A stretch of DNA of 63,884 nt from Octopus bimaculoides (lineage: Eukaryota), in contig NC_068999.1 of the NCBI RefSeq assembly GCF_001194135.2, forward strand, positions 2,272,461-2,336,344. The letters are read 5' to 3'. This document shows positions 14,315-27,388 of this stretch, in pieces (position 1 is the first letter of the stretch; each line of letters starts with the position of its first letter). The notes below the pieces were generated by a model. It saw only the letters and a list, made by a program, of their open reading frames with translations. It had not been told where the DNA came from and searched no databases. The position numbers and the translations under genes were made by a program.

Positions 14315-17185
14315 TATACACAGTGACGTCGAAGTTTCGGCCAACTATGTATTACTTGCACTGCAACATTCCCTTCAACCATTTCAACATCTTTCAATGT
14401 GTGTGGATAAGACAGACAGATTAGATAGATTTACTGATAAATGGATAGAAGTTTTTTTTTCTTACCACTGCGTTCCACATATTTGTGGAAAAGAAGGATA
14501 AGTGGACAGACAGACGTAAGGGAAAATTAGAATTTTGAAGTGTTTATCGTTTTAGATGGATCCAAAAAGTTGTGTAGTTTTGGTTACATATATCAATACA
14601 TTTGCATTTGCATCATTATAAATATAAGATTATAATAAACAGAAAGCATTAATAGAAACAGTTGAATGTGGTTTTGTAGTGTAACAAATCATTTGTAAAA
14701 TGCCATCTCTTAAAACAATAAACAATGTCTACACACACACGCACACAATAGCTATTCACAGTCAAAGTGTACTGGACTAATGGAACAAGTGTGGTCGTCT
14801 CCACAACAACAGAGCAGTGACTGTGTTACAAACCGATGCAATTTGAACCCCCAACCACACAATCACTGGTGCCAGTGATCCACCACCGCAGCAACAGATG
14901 TTCCCAGCATTTCAAACATTAAACAAACAAACAAACAGAAACAACAAGAACACCAACATCAAAGGAAATCTATCCTAACAAGCAAAGACCAAAAATTGCC
15001 CTGACAAACTGGAAACCCTAATTAGCTTCATACTTTATTATTAATCAGAAACTAATTAAGCTGTCATTTGTAGAAGAACAAATGACTCACTGGTTAATTA
15101 GCAGAGGTATAATTAACATATCAATTGAAGTATAACAAGAGAATGTTTGATTATTAAATATAGAAAATATACTGAATACAAAAGGACAGAAACACACACA
15201 GCTGGTTTGTGATGAGACAATGGAGGATATTAAAATTGGTTTCATTGGTTAAACAATAGACAAAAACAGAAGACAGTATGAGGAGTGTATGCCTGTCAGT
15301 GTGTGTGTGTGTTCATTCAACATCCGTTGTCCATGCTGGCATGGGTTGGACAGTTTCATCAGGGGTGGCAAGCTGGGGGTAAGGGGCTCCAGTCTGATTT
15401 GACTTGGTTTCTACAGTTGGATGCCCTTCTTAACAGCAACCACTTTACAGTGTGTACCGGGTGCTTTTACACACTTTTCTATAGGGGTGGGCAGAAAGGT
15501 AGGGTATTTCCAATGCAGCACTCAACCTGAGCTTTAGGCTGCCAAGTCTGACAGGTTCCAAACTAATATCGAAATTCTTCAGGTGTGGTGGTAGTGGTGA
15601 CAGTAGTGGTAGTGAAGCCGTTGTGATGGTGGTGGTGGTGGTGGTGGTGAGTTAATAGAATAAAGCACCGATAAAATGCAAATTCTGATACACTCAACCG
15701 ATCCCATCCTTCTAGAATTCGGGCCTTGTGCCTTTATTAGAAACAGAACTCAAAACTGTCCAACCCATGCCAGCATGGAAAACAGACGTTAAATGATGAT
15801 GATAACAATCTTTATTTACAAAGAAAATGCACCCACCAGAAATTTGCTTTGTCACGAAACCTTTTATTCAGATTTCAAATTCAGGATGTGTCATACATTT
15901 TCTCACAGCCAAAAATATTCAATATTAAATCATGTGTGTGAGTTTGAGAGAATGTTTGTATGTGTATGTGTGCATGTGTGTGTAAAGTTCACAGAGGTTT
16001 GCAGTCAAAGCTTTACATGACTTTATGAGATATAACAAAATATGCAGATCTAAAATCTATTGTTGTATACTCTCTCTCTCTCTCTCTCTCATTCATTCCT
16101 TCTGTCTCTCCTTCCCTCTCTCTCTCTCACCTTCTCCCACCCGATTTTAAACCCCCTCCCATCCCACCTCAAAATTTACATAGAGTCCACCACCAAGAGA
16201 AGACGCTGGGAGGTGGTGAGGGGCATGGTAGGCCAGGACTAACATAACCAGGCACATAACATTGGCACCTCCCACCACCATCAGACTATCTACGACAACA
16301 ACGACAACAACACCAAGCTTTGTATAGTTTCATTGATTTCATACAAGACGGGTTTATGTCTCTACCTACCACCCCCACCACCACATCCTGCTTTTCGCTA
16401 TATCTTTGTCTACACACACACACACACATACTGACTTCTTGCTCACACACACACATACATATAGACTCATAATCACACACACAGATATAGTTGTTTAAAC
16501 ATGCACATTTAACACACACACACACAAGCAATATAAGTACGTCTATCTTTTATTCTTTTACTTGTTTCGGTCATTAAACTGTGGCCATGCTGGAGTACCA
16601 TCTTAAAGAATTCTTAGTCAAATGAATCAACCCAAATACTTAACTTTTGTTTAAGCCTGCTGCTTATTNNNNNNNNNNNNNNNNNNNNNNNNNNNNNNNN
16701 NNNNNNNNNNNNNNNNNNNNNNNNNNNNNNNNNNNNNNNNNNNNNNNNNNNNNNNNNNNNNNNNNNNNNNNNNNNNNNNNNNNNNNNNNNNNNNNNNNNN
16801 NNNNNNNNNNNNNNNNNNNNNNNNNNNNNNNNNNNNNNNNNNNNNNNNNNNNNNNNNNNNNNNNNNNNNNNNNNNNNNNNNNNNNNNNNNNNNNNNNNNN
16901 NNNNNNNNNNNNNNNNNNNNNNNNNNNNNNNNNNNNNNNNNNNNNNNNNNNNNNNNNNNNNNNNNNNNNNNNNNNNNNNNNNNNNNNNNNNNNNNNNNNN
17001 NNNNNNNNNNNNNNNNNNNNNNNNNNNNNNNNNNNNNNNNNNNNNNNNNNNNNNNNNNNNNNNNNNNNNNNNNNNNNNNNNNNNNNNNNNNNNNNNNNNN
17101 NNNNNNNNNNNNNNNNNNNNNNNNNNNNNNNNNNNNNNNNNNNNNNNNNNNNNNNNNNNNNNNNNNNNNNNNNNNNNNNNNNNNN

Positions 17186-17232
<47 letters not shown>

Positions 17233-17467
17233 GACAGGCTTTTTTTAGTTTCCATCTGCCAGATCCACTAACAAGGCTTTGGTCAGCCTGAGGCTGTACT
17301 AGAGGATACTTCATACTTCCCAAAGGTGTCACACAATGGGATTGAACTCAGAGCCATGTGCTTCAGAAGCAGACTTCTTACTACAAACCCACGCTCTCAA
17401 CCATGTCTCTAGTCTAACATAAGTGACCTGACTATATTCCCATGAACTTGTGACCCTCAAGAACAAT

Positions 17468-17499
<32 letters not shown>

Positions 17500-17904
17500 C
17501 ACTGTATATATATGGATAATACACATATGTGAGTGCACACACACACACGCACTCATGTATATGCTTAAACAAACACATATTCACAACTACAATGTCTACA
17601 CACACATACAGACAGGTACAGATGCATACACACACCTTGTTTACAATAGACATTATAAATAGTAAATTGGTCGCAAATACAAACTTTATAGAGGAAGGAT
17701 GTGGGGGGAGGGGGAGCTAGATAACTTTTTCTTACTTGTTCACATTCTAAACCTTGTGAGTAATGTGTCTAAGCATCGGCATATCTAGATTTGTGTGTGT
17801 GTGTGAATTAAATATGTCTACAGGTGCATGTGTGTGTGTGTTTGTGTGAATAAGAAAAAGCATTAAGAAGGCCAACATGTACAGTGGGAGATGAAAGCGA
17901 AGGG

Positions 17905-18060
17905 AGACGAAAACATGGCCAAGTGGTTAGGGTGTTACATTCGCAAGCGCTAAAATCGGGGGTTCGATTCCCAGGCCAGGTGGCACATTGCGTTCTTGAA
18001 TATAACACATCCCCTGTTGCTCTAAAATCATCTCAACATCTGACAAGTGGCACACTTGTG
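17905..18060 (+). mobile_element. tRNA-derived SINE family 3 (CORE-like); similar heads near 7262-7368 (-) and 54236-54360 (+)
   Basis: TGGCCAAGTGGTTAGG A-box and GGTTCGATTCCC B-box, followed by a non-tRNA body. Confidence 0.6.
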
Positions 18061-19454
18061 CCACCCATACTGGCAATATCGATTTGATAGAGAGAGAGTG
18101 TGCTTATGTGCAACACAAACATTTGGTTGCAATAAACCAATCATTTGTGTGGATCGTTCAGTCAGGAATTGAACCATGAACCTTCGTCTCTGACACAGGA
18201 AATTCTATCAATATATCTTTTACTTGTTTCAGTCATTCAACTGTGGCCATGCTGGGGCATTGTCTTGAAGTTCTCATTTTTAAGCCTAGTACTTATTCCA
18301 TCAGTCTCTTTTGCTGAACTGCTAAGTTACAGGGATGTAAACAAAACAAGACCGGTTACCAAGCTGTGGAGGAAGGTCAAACACACACACACACACACAC
18401 ACACATATATGATGGATATCTTTTAAGTTTCTGTCCATCAAATCTAGAATTGTAACTGGAAAGCAAGCAACTTATCACACAACCACGCCTGTGCCAACAT
18501 ACACACACACATACACACACATATACATACATACACATACATACACATACACACACATATACATACATACACATACACACACATATACATACATACACAT
18601 ACACACACATATACATACATACACATACACACACACATACATGAGTGTATATACATATAAAAATCGTCATTTAACTTTTGGCTTCCGTACTGGCCCCTTT
18701 TCCCTCACATAGCAGTTGGTGACAATAGGCAGCAGGTCAATGAAGGGTCATGTGGGTGCAGGTGTGGGTGTGTGGTTAGGAAACTTGGTCTTCAGTTCAG
18801 TTCCATTGGGCGAGGGTAGCCTCACGCTGACCAAAGCCTTGAGAGTGGATTTGGTAAATAGAAACTGAAAGAAGCCCTCCATATATCATCATCATCATCA
18901 ACATCTGTTTTCCATGCTGGCATTTGTGGGATGGTTTGAGAGGAGCTGGCAAAGGCCGGGAGCCACAACAGGTTCCATTGTCTGCTTTGGCAAGGGTTCC
19001 ATGGCTCAATGCCCTTCCTAACACCAACCACTTTACAGAGTGGGTGCTTATCATGTGACACCAGCACCGAAAGAGTCACCAATAATCTTTCACAACCAAC
19101 ACAATTTCTGCATCAAATCCAACAAACAAATCCTTCCTTTTACGAAGAACAAAAAAACTTTCAAGGGAAACAACTAAGAAGACTGCACGAAGTGAGTTAC
19201 TTCCCCTAGAAATACACTAGCCGCCGCCGTTCCCACAGCCACTAGTGTCATCCCTTCTACCGTTAAGTTTCTGTTCAAACACTCCGGTCCCGGGAGTAGA
19301 ATGTTGAGTTAAGACTTGTCAGTCTGTGCCATGCCTCTAGCGGACATAAATGGAGAAGGTGTTGTCCTGGAAGATGGGGAGAGAGATGCGCTGGAAAAGC
19401 CAGTCTGACTCACAGGGATCGTATTTGTGGAGTCATCTCGGCCCCGATAACAGT

Positions 19455-19625
19455 GAACAGGGATACCATGACTGGATTCTCCTGCTTGTGTGGCATGGTG
19501 CAGAGTCCTGTTGCCAGACATAGGGTCTTGCAGCAGCCACCCTCCTGACCCAGGGCAGCACTACCTCCTCCGGGCACTTGATGTGGGTCTCCGTGTTGAG
19601 TCTGAGGCCGTGTAGGCAAGTCTTC
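19455..19625 (-). mobile_element. Tc1/mariner transposase fragment
   Basis: EEVVLPWVRRVAAARPYVWQQDSAPCHTSRR, containing the second catalytic Asp motif. Confidence 0.75.
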
Positions 19626-19865
19626 ACAAGAACTTCATATCACCAGACATCTCAGTCCATTGTCGTTTCCTCCATGAAGCCCAACATCCTGAGATCAGTC
19701 CTTACCACTTCATCCCACATCTTCTTGGGACTCCCTCTTCCACGGGTACCATCCATTTTCAGTGATCGCCACTTCTTTATGCAGCTGTCCTCATTCATAC
19801 ACATCTCATGTCCAAAACAAAATAGTCTTCTCTCTTGCATGCTACATTTGATTCCTCTTATGCCC
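19626..19865 (-). mobile_element. RTE-clade LINE ORF C-terminal fragment
   Basis: ERRLFCFGHEMCMNEDSCIKK...GRGSPKKMWDEVVRTDLRMLG resembles the RTE C-terminal RRLRWFGHV...GRPRKTW motif. Confidence 0.8.
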
Positions 19866-20569
19866 ATATATATACAAGACCAGATTCCATACAGTTTCTA
19901 TCTACCAAATTCACTGAAACATATAGCAAAATTCAGAGAAGCATATAGCAAAAGACACTTGTCAAAAGTGCTACGTAGTGAGATTGAACCCAAAACTACG
20001 CGGTTGCAAAGCGAGTTTCTTAACCACACAGCCATGCATGTGCACCTTTTCTTCCTCCTTCACTTCTAATTTCGAAATTCCAGCACTCCTCCCAATATAT
20101 TGTCAGAGGTATACGCACACACACACACACACACTTTCTCTCCCTCTGTTTATCTATTTCTCCACACACACACACACACACACACATACACACACCAACA
20201 GAATTCAAAGTCTCATATAAATTCACTTACTTTCTCGTGATATTCTTTCGCCTGAATTTCTCCTACATTCAAGTCAGAAACTCTGCGTTTTCTCTACAAA
20301 AAAATATATAAAAACAATAATGATGATGATGATGATGATGATTACCATCATCATCACCATCATTTCTTTCTTCATCACTAAGGGTTTACAAAATACATTG
20401 GAGACGGTACAGGACAATACAACATGGGGTTGCATAGAGAAGCATATAAAAAGGAAAAAATAACAATATAAATTCTAACGATGAATAACTTCTGAAAAGA
20501 GGAAGACTTCCTAGAGCTGCTCGTGGAGACCCCACAAAACCACCGTTGCCTTGACCACAAGGGCAAGTG

Positions 20570-20975
20570 TCTTCTTCACATCATCTCCCCTCAATCTACA
20601 GACACAGGTCTAGTGTAGGACCATCCACTCGGACCATTCTTGCCATATTCACCGACCTATCAACAAAATTGCTGGGAGACAGCATCTACCACTCCACCTT
20701 CACTTTCCTTTTCAAGTGTAAATTGAAAAAGTTGATGAGGGCTTGGCCCAAGATGAACGTGTCTGTCTTCAGCCTTTTCAGTCTGGTCCCCCCACACAGC
20801 CGATTTCGCTAAGGCTACCAGACAAACACTGCCTTCCCTTCCTGATCAAAGGAAGGTGGTGAGATGATCTTCACAGTGGACTCAGCCGAAGCCAGATCCG
20901 TCCTACATGTGATAGCATGTGTTCGCTATCAACCCATTAAGTGAGCGATGCTCGGGTGTAGGATGAGAGCGAGCA
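20570..20975 (-). mobile_element. L1/Tx1-like LINE ORF2 3' fragment
   Basis: Decayed frame TRLKRLKTDTFILGQALINFFNLHLKRKVKVE...SPSNFVDRSVNMARMV, recognised from memory as an L1/Tx1-type C-terminus. Confidence 0.5.
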
Positions 20976-21481
20976 AAAGTTTCGTTGCTCTTTGCGCTTT
21001 AAATCCTAGAAAATTATTCAAAGCTCATTCTTCCCTAACAAAGGCCAAACACCATCACGGAGAAGATGTAAGAATCAGAATTTTAGTAGAGATGTCAGGA
21101 TTATTATAATTGTAATTAGGGTTTAATTTCAGATAAAACACGCATTGTGGGGACACTTACGTTATACATACGTATACACACATGCAGTTATGCATGTGTG
21201 AATACGTACGTATGTGCATGTATGTATACATTGTGTACGAGCGCACGCATGTATGTATGTATGTATGTACGTACGTATATATATGTATATATTGTATGTA
21301 TGTATGGTTGTGAATTAGCCGAGCCATTAGAGTGATGGTCAGAAAGCCTCGCGGTATTGTTCCGGCTCTTTTCACTGAATTCAAATCCCGCCGAAGTTAA
21401 TTTTGACGCTCTTCCTATCTGGATCGGTGAAAACAAGTCCTCGTCGAGGACGGTGAATTGTCAGAACTGTGAGAGAGGTTT

Positions 21482-22575
21482 CGGCATAACTACAGGGTTT
21501 TACACCCCAGACTTTGGGAGGTCATAACTTTCAGAAAAATGAATATTTTTTAATGAAATTTTCTATGCATATAGTATTTACTATGTAGAATCCGAATGGG
21601 GGTGGGGGACAATTTTCGGAAATTCCAACAGAGTCCACTTAAATTCTTCTCAACTTCCAGGAAAATTAATATTTTTTCGTGAAATTTTCTACAAATATAC
21701 CTTGATGTATGTACATTTCGAGCATGTANNNNNNNNNNNNNNNNNNNNNNNNNNNNNNNNNNNNNNNNNNNNNNNNNNNNNNNNNNNNNNNNNNNNNNNN
21801 NNNNNNNNNNNNNNNNNNNNNNNNNNNNNNNNNNNNNNNNNNNNNNNNNNNNNNNNNNNNNNNNNNNNNNNNNNNNNNNNNNNNNNNNNNNNNNNNNNNN
21901 NNNNNNNNNNNNNNNNNNNNNNNNNNNNNNNNNNNNNNNNNNNNNNNNNNNNNNNNNNNNNNNNNNNNNNNNNNNNNNNNNNNNNNNNNNNNNNNNNNNN
22001 NNNNNNNNNNNNNNNNNNNNNNNNNNNNNNNNNNNNNNNNNNNNNNNNNNNNNNNNNNNNNNNNNNNNNNNNNNNNNNNNNNNNNNNNNNNNNNNNNNNN
22101 NNNNNNNNNNNNNNNNNNNNNNNNNNNNNNNNNNNNNNNNNNNNNNNNNNNNNNNNNNNNNNNNNNNNNNNNNNNNNNNNNNNNNNNNNNNNNNNNNNNN
22201 NNNNNNNNNNNNNNNNNNNNNNNNNNNNNNNNNNNNNNNNNNNNNNNNNNNNNNNNNNNNNNNNNNNNNNNNNNNNNNNNNNNNNNNNNNNNNNNNNNNN
22301 NNNNNNNNNNNNNNNNNTTCAAAATTCCTACATGCTCGAAATGTACATACATCAAGGTATATTTGTAGAAAATTTCACGAAAAAATATTAATTTTCCTGG
22401 AAGTTGAGAAGAATTTAAGTGGACTCTGTTGGAATTTCCGAAAATTGTCCCCCACCCCCATTCGGATTCTACATAGTAAATACTATATGCATAGAAAATT
22501 TCATTAAAAAATATTCATTTTTCTGAAAGTTATGACCTCCCAAAATCTGGGGGGTAAAACCCTGTAGTTATGCCG
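21482..22575. mobile_element. Foldback/MITE-like DNA element with about 245-bp terminal inverted repeats and 6-bp TSD
   Basis: Ends CGGCATAACTACAGGG...CCCTGTAGTTATGCCG. AGGTTT is present at both 21476-21481 and 22576-22581. The arms differ at about 2 positions. The centre is an N gap. Confidence 0.8.
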
Positions 22576-22896
22576 AGGTTTCTTTTCCGGCCTCCGTACA
22601 CTCCGAGTTCAAATCCCGCTCCATCACCGAGAAATGGGGACACTTTTGTCATGAGTTGCACCCAATACACTACACACACACATAAATACACGAAGAAAGC
22701 AACTACACACTTGCACATAGAGATGTTTATGTAAACAGAAGTGAACATATATACAAGTATATACAGAAACACGTGTATTTCACGTGTTATCATAAATGCA
22801 TACGTGTACACACACACACCCAGGTGCGCACACACACACACACACCCAGGTGCGCGCGCACACACACACACACGCACATGTATAATATATAAATAC

Positions 22897-23115
22897 CTTC
22901 TTAATCGGTGGTTGATGTTCCTTCGGATCGGAACGTAATTTGAGGAATTGTGTATCCATAAGAAACGGTGAATGAATCTTAAACATATCTGTTTTCCATC
23001 TGTACGACCGGGTACTAGAACCGGGTGGTTCTTGTCGACAATGTTTATATACATCCTGGACAGCTTTAGAATGACAAACCACCCAACCTTGCTCGTTTTT
23101 GCAGATAATACTCAT
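22897..23115 (-). CDS. Candidate first coding exon (73 codons) of an unidentified gene, head-to-head with RCL1
   Basis: Non-repetitive, CpG-containing ORF MSIICKNEQGWVVCHSKAVQDVYKHC...KEHQPPIKK. It ends at a phase-0 AAG/GTATTT donor exactly where simple repeats begin. Product not recognised and downstream exons not found. Confidence 0.4.
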
Positions 23116-23808
23116 AGCCGGGAATTTTGTCTGAGCGATTGCTTACCACTTTGTGGAGAGTACAAAGTTTATTTATACTCTCCGTAGTCGGGTTTAACAC
23201 ATGTTCATTAATTCATTATTTTAATCTGTAAAACCAAACCAATAATAATAAGAATATTAATAAAATGAAAGAAAAATGCGAAAGAAACGGAAGTGAAAAC
23301 CGAAAGAGATGACAATAAAACTGGAAAGAGTTTAAAGAAGTTTTATATTTGTGTGTATAAGAGGGCGTGTATTACACACACACACAAGTCCAAAATGGTA
23401 TCTTAAAACTCTATAATCCTTTTGAAATATCTTCCTACTAAACTTTAAGTTTTGTTATCGACTTCACTAGTTTGAAAGAAGCCACAAAGACTACAAGCAA
23501 TGCTCAGCCAGTTCGTAGCAAACTGAGGAACATAAATAAAGCTTATTCATTCCATTACATTCGAGGATCGTCACATCGGTCTACATCGTACGAACCGCTT
23601 ATGAAGTGTTTATAAGTAAGCTCGATCAGAAGTGATCTGGGAGTCAAACAACAACTGCATTTAATGAAAGAATTTATTAAAGGAAGGGAAACAGTATAGG
23701 TGGAGATGGACGAATCAGGAACAATTTCAATAGTGGATTAATTCTGAGTAACACCGTTTATGTATTGGCACCGTCTGAACAACACGTGCCCCAGTGGAAG
23801 AGAGGAAA
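23116..23808. promoter_or_regulatory. RCL1 promoter/5' UTR region, possibly bidirectional
   Basis: Lies between the RCL1 ATG and the divergent candidate ATG. CpG is locally retained at 23560-23630. Positional inference only. Confidence 0.3.
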
Positions 23809-26258
23809 ATGTCAGGGAAGAAGTTGTTGGAATATGAAGGATGTAATTTCTTTCGACAGAGATTGGTTTTGTCGATATTGAGTGGGAAATCTGTGAGGAT
23901 AACAAAGATACGGAGTCGGGACGATAATCCAGGATTACAAGGTAACGTATATGTATATATACACGCACACACACAGGCATATACAAACGTTACGTATACA
24001 TGCACCTTATGTAGACTCGCATATTACAAGGATGTTTATATATATGGAAAGACTAGATAATAATAAATAAATATAGGTAATCTTCCAGTTTCGAGGCGTA
24101 AAAGAAATATTCAAGGGAAATAACTGAACGACTTACCAGTATTATCCGTACTACTTTTTCTCTAAAACAGCATGCGATGGAATTTTTTTTTTATAAAAGT
24201 TTTAAATGTTTTTTTCTGTCACATCGTGTAATAAGTCCGCATGGTACTAGACAGTCGTCGCAGGTAAACTTATTTCTAATAAGTCGACGACGCGCAAACC
24301 ATTCCAACATTCTGTATTTTGAGCTACTGCTTAAATCACAGATTTTCCATTTTTCCTCTAATATTAATTCACGAGTGAGGATTTCGTTTTCAGCAAACAA
24401 TAAGATGTTGTGCAGCCGGTCTTCCACGAGGCATTTTCGATTTCTCATAAGAAACTATGATATTCAATCACGTGTGTGATTTATATATAAACAGTTAACG
24501 TCAATCAAATCACGTGATTTATTTATAAACAAAGTAGTACGGATAATACTGGTAAGACGTTCAGTTATTTCCCTTGTATTTTATTTACTTTTTTAACCTC
24601 TCGAAACTGGAAGATTACCGCCTTGTTAATCTACAAAAGAAAAGCATACAAACACACACACACACGTCGTAATGGCCCATGTTATATGTTCATTTCTTCT
24701 CTTCCAGAATTTGAACTCTCTTTCATCTCTTTACTTGAGAAATTGTCAAATGGTTCTAAAGTTGTCATTAACGAGACAGGTAAGCTTCTTGCAAGTATTT
24801 CTTTAAATTAATAACTTTGTGTGTCTAATTAGTATGTTATATGTTGCATGAGTGTAATTAATTCTTAATGTGTTGTCTGTCTGCAATTAATATTTCAGTA
24901 TGTTTTCTGTCTGTAATTAGTATTGTGTTAATAATTAATATCTTATGTAATTGTATATCTATTATGTAAATAATGTTATTGTTTAGCCCCAGGTCAACCA
25001 TAATTAACGATCTTTACATTTTAATCATAATTAGCAAAAACTATTAAACATATTATAACACAATTAATAAACTGTTTACTGATATAAACCAGTAAAAGTT
25101 GATGACTTTTGTGATTTGTGTTTCCACAGGAACGACCATTCTCTTCCACCCGGGTATGCTCTCTGGGGGAAGCTTCGATCATGAATGCAACATAGGCCGA
25201 GCCCTTACCTATTATATTGAACCCCTCTTTTGTTTGGCTCCCTTCGCAAAGAAACCCCTCAAAGTCGTGTTACGGGGAATCACCCACAATTTAGATGATG
25301 CTTCCGTAAGTTCACTCTTCTTTCATTTAATTTTCTTTTTCAATTAATTAGTTTCAGCAGGCAACATAAAAAAAAAAAAAACGGGTGTAAAATGAATCTT
25401 CTTTTTTTAGATAGAAACTGATTTAAGTCTCTGTTTGACTCTCCTTTACTTTGTTTGTCTTACAACTTCTGATCCTTGACACAAGCAGGGATCTAATCTT
25501 AGCTTTAGACATTAATTACTATTTGACTAACAATGGTCTAATTACTGTTCCAGGTCGATCACATGAAGTTCTCCAGTTTACCGGTGCTAAAAAGATTCTT
25601 AGGTACAGACGAGGATCTTGAACTAAAAGTAAGTTGCAAACTTTTATTTAGATTTTCAGGCATTCCACAACTGTCGCTCCCACAAACACCCCATCTCCAT
25701 ACTCATCTTTCCTTCTGTCTCTCTCTCCCAAATTCCACTCCTAAAGTATTGGTCAATAACAAGAGCCACTTGTCCGTGTTGCCACCCAATGGGATTGAAC
25801 ACAAAGCCACTTGATTGTGACGTGAGCTTCCTAACCACACACCCACTACCCCTAGATAATGCATATATTTGTTTATTTCTATTCTTTCTTGTAGATAACT
25901 CGTCGTGGCCCAGCCCCTGACGGAGGGGGTGAAGCAGTGTTTTCCTGTCCTTGTCGACAAAAGTTACGACCAATCCAGTACACAGACCCTGGAAGAGTGA
26001 AGAAGATCCGTGGAATTGCGTATCCTTTCACTTAGATGGATCACTTGCTTTCAAGAACATGTGTTCTAGTTTAATGTGTATATGTGTGAATGTGTGTGTG
26101 TGTGTATATCTCTTGCTGCACTGAGAAGTGATAAATTACAGGACTCAATACCTAAGTGTAGAATATTGTTTAACACATTATTATAACAGAAAGATTCCTG
26201 TTTCCACTACTCTGAGTTACATCATGTTTCTGATCATTCAGCTGCTAAACAAAGCCTC

Positions 26259-26302
<44 letters not shown>

Positions 26303-27350
26303 TCGTTTAGCATCCGCTTTCCATGCTAGCATGGGTTGGACGATTTGACTGAGGACTGGTGAACCAGATGGCTTGTGAGTGAATTTTGGTGAACAGAAAC
26401 TGAAAGTAGCCTGTCGTGTGGGGAGGGGGGGGGCTTGTGTTTGTTCCCCCACCACCAGACAACTGGTGTTGGTGTGTTTCCATCCCCATCACTTAGTGGT
26501 TTGGCAAAAGAGAATGGGAGAATAACTATCAGGCTTAAAAAAATAATTACTGAGGTCAAATGGTTTGACTAAAATTCTTGAAAATGGTGCCCCAGTATGG
26601 CCACAGTCTAATGACTGAAACAAGTAAAAAATCAAGCACTGACTTAATTAACAGTTTTGTTTCTTTTAATATGATAAGCGTCCTTAACATTGGTCAGTTG
26701 GTGCACCAAAGTGTCTCCAGGGACGCTCAACCGATTGATGGAATCTGCCAAAGACGTCCTTTCAGAGTTCATCCATGATATTTACATTCATTCCGATCAC
26801 TGCAAGGGCAAAGAATGTGGAAAGTAAGTTGAATTTTGGTTATTCAGAGATGGTCTTGTTGTTGTTGTTTAACCCTAGGTCGACCTTGACTAAACAGCTC
26901 TGCCGATCAAAGACATTCTAACTGTGACCAACCTTTATTTCACTGAGCTACAATGCTCCAAGTTCTCTTTATCCAATGTTGTACATTGCTAAGCTGATAA
27001 AATGTGATTCAAGCAATATCCAGCTGCTCGCGCCTCTGAGAGCATTTAGCCCTTATCCTGTGGCCAGGGGTCACTAGGCTGTGTTAAGTCATACAATCTA
27101 CACTGAGAGGTGGGATTGAACCTGGGAACAAATATTTCTAACAGTGACACAAGATCACAAATTTGAGGTAGACCCCAGTATTTAACTGGTACTTATTTTA
27201 TTGACCCTAAACCGATGAAAGGCAAAGTCAGCCTCAGTGGAATTTGAACTCAGAACATAGCAACAGGCGAAATACTGGTAAGCATTTCGCCCAACATGCT
27301 AACGATTCTGACAGCTTGCTGCCATAATAATAATAATAATAATAATAATC

Positions 27351-27388
<38 letters not shown>

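Noticed and set aside
14320-14400. Second possible hammerhead on the minus strand (GGCCGAAAC)
   Set aside because: No CUGANGA core or stem I could be found. The CTGATGA hits at about 35215 and 38335 also lack the pairing stems.
22897-23115. Identity of the divergent exon as AK3 (vertebrate RCL1 neighbour) or CFAP61 (weak MS..G..VV...QDVY resemblance)
   Set aside because: There is no adenylate-kinase P-loop, and the CFAP61 resemblance does not extend beyond a few residues.
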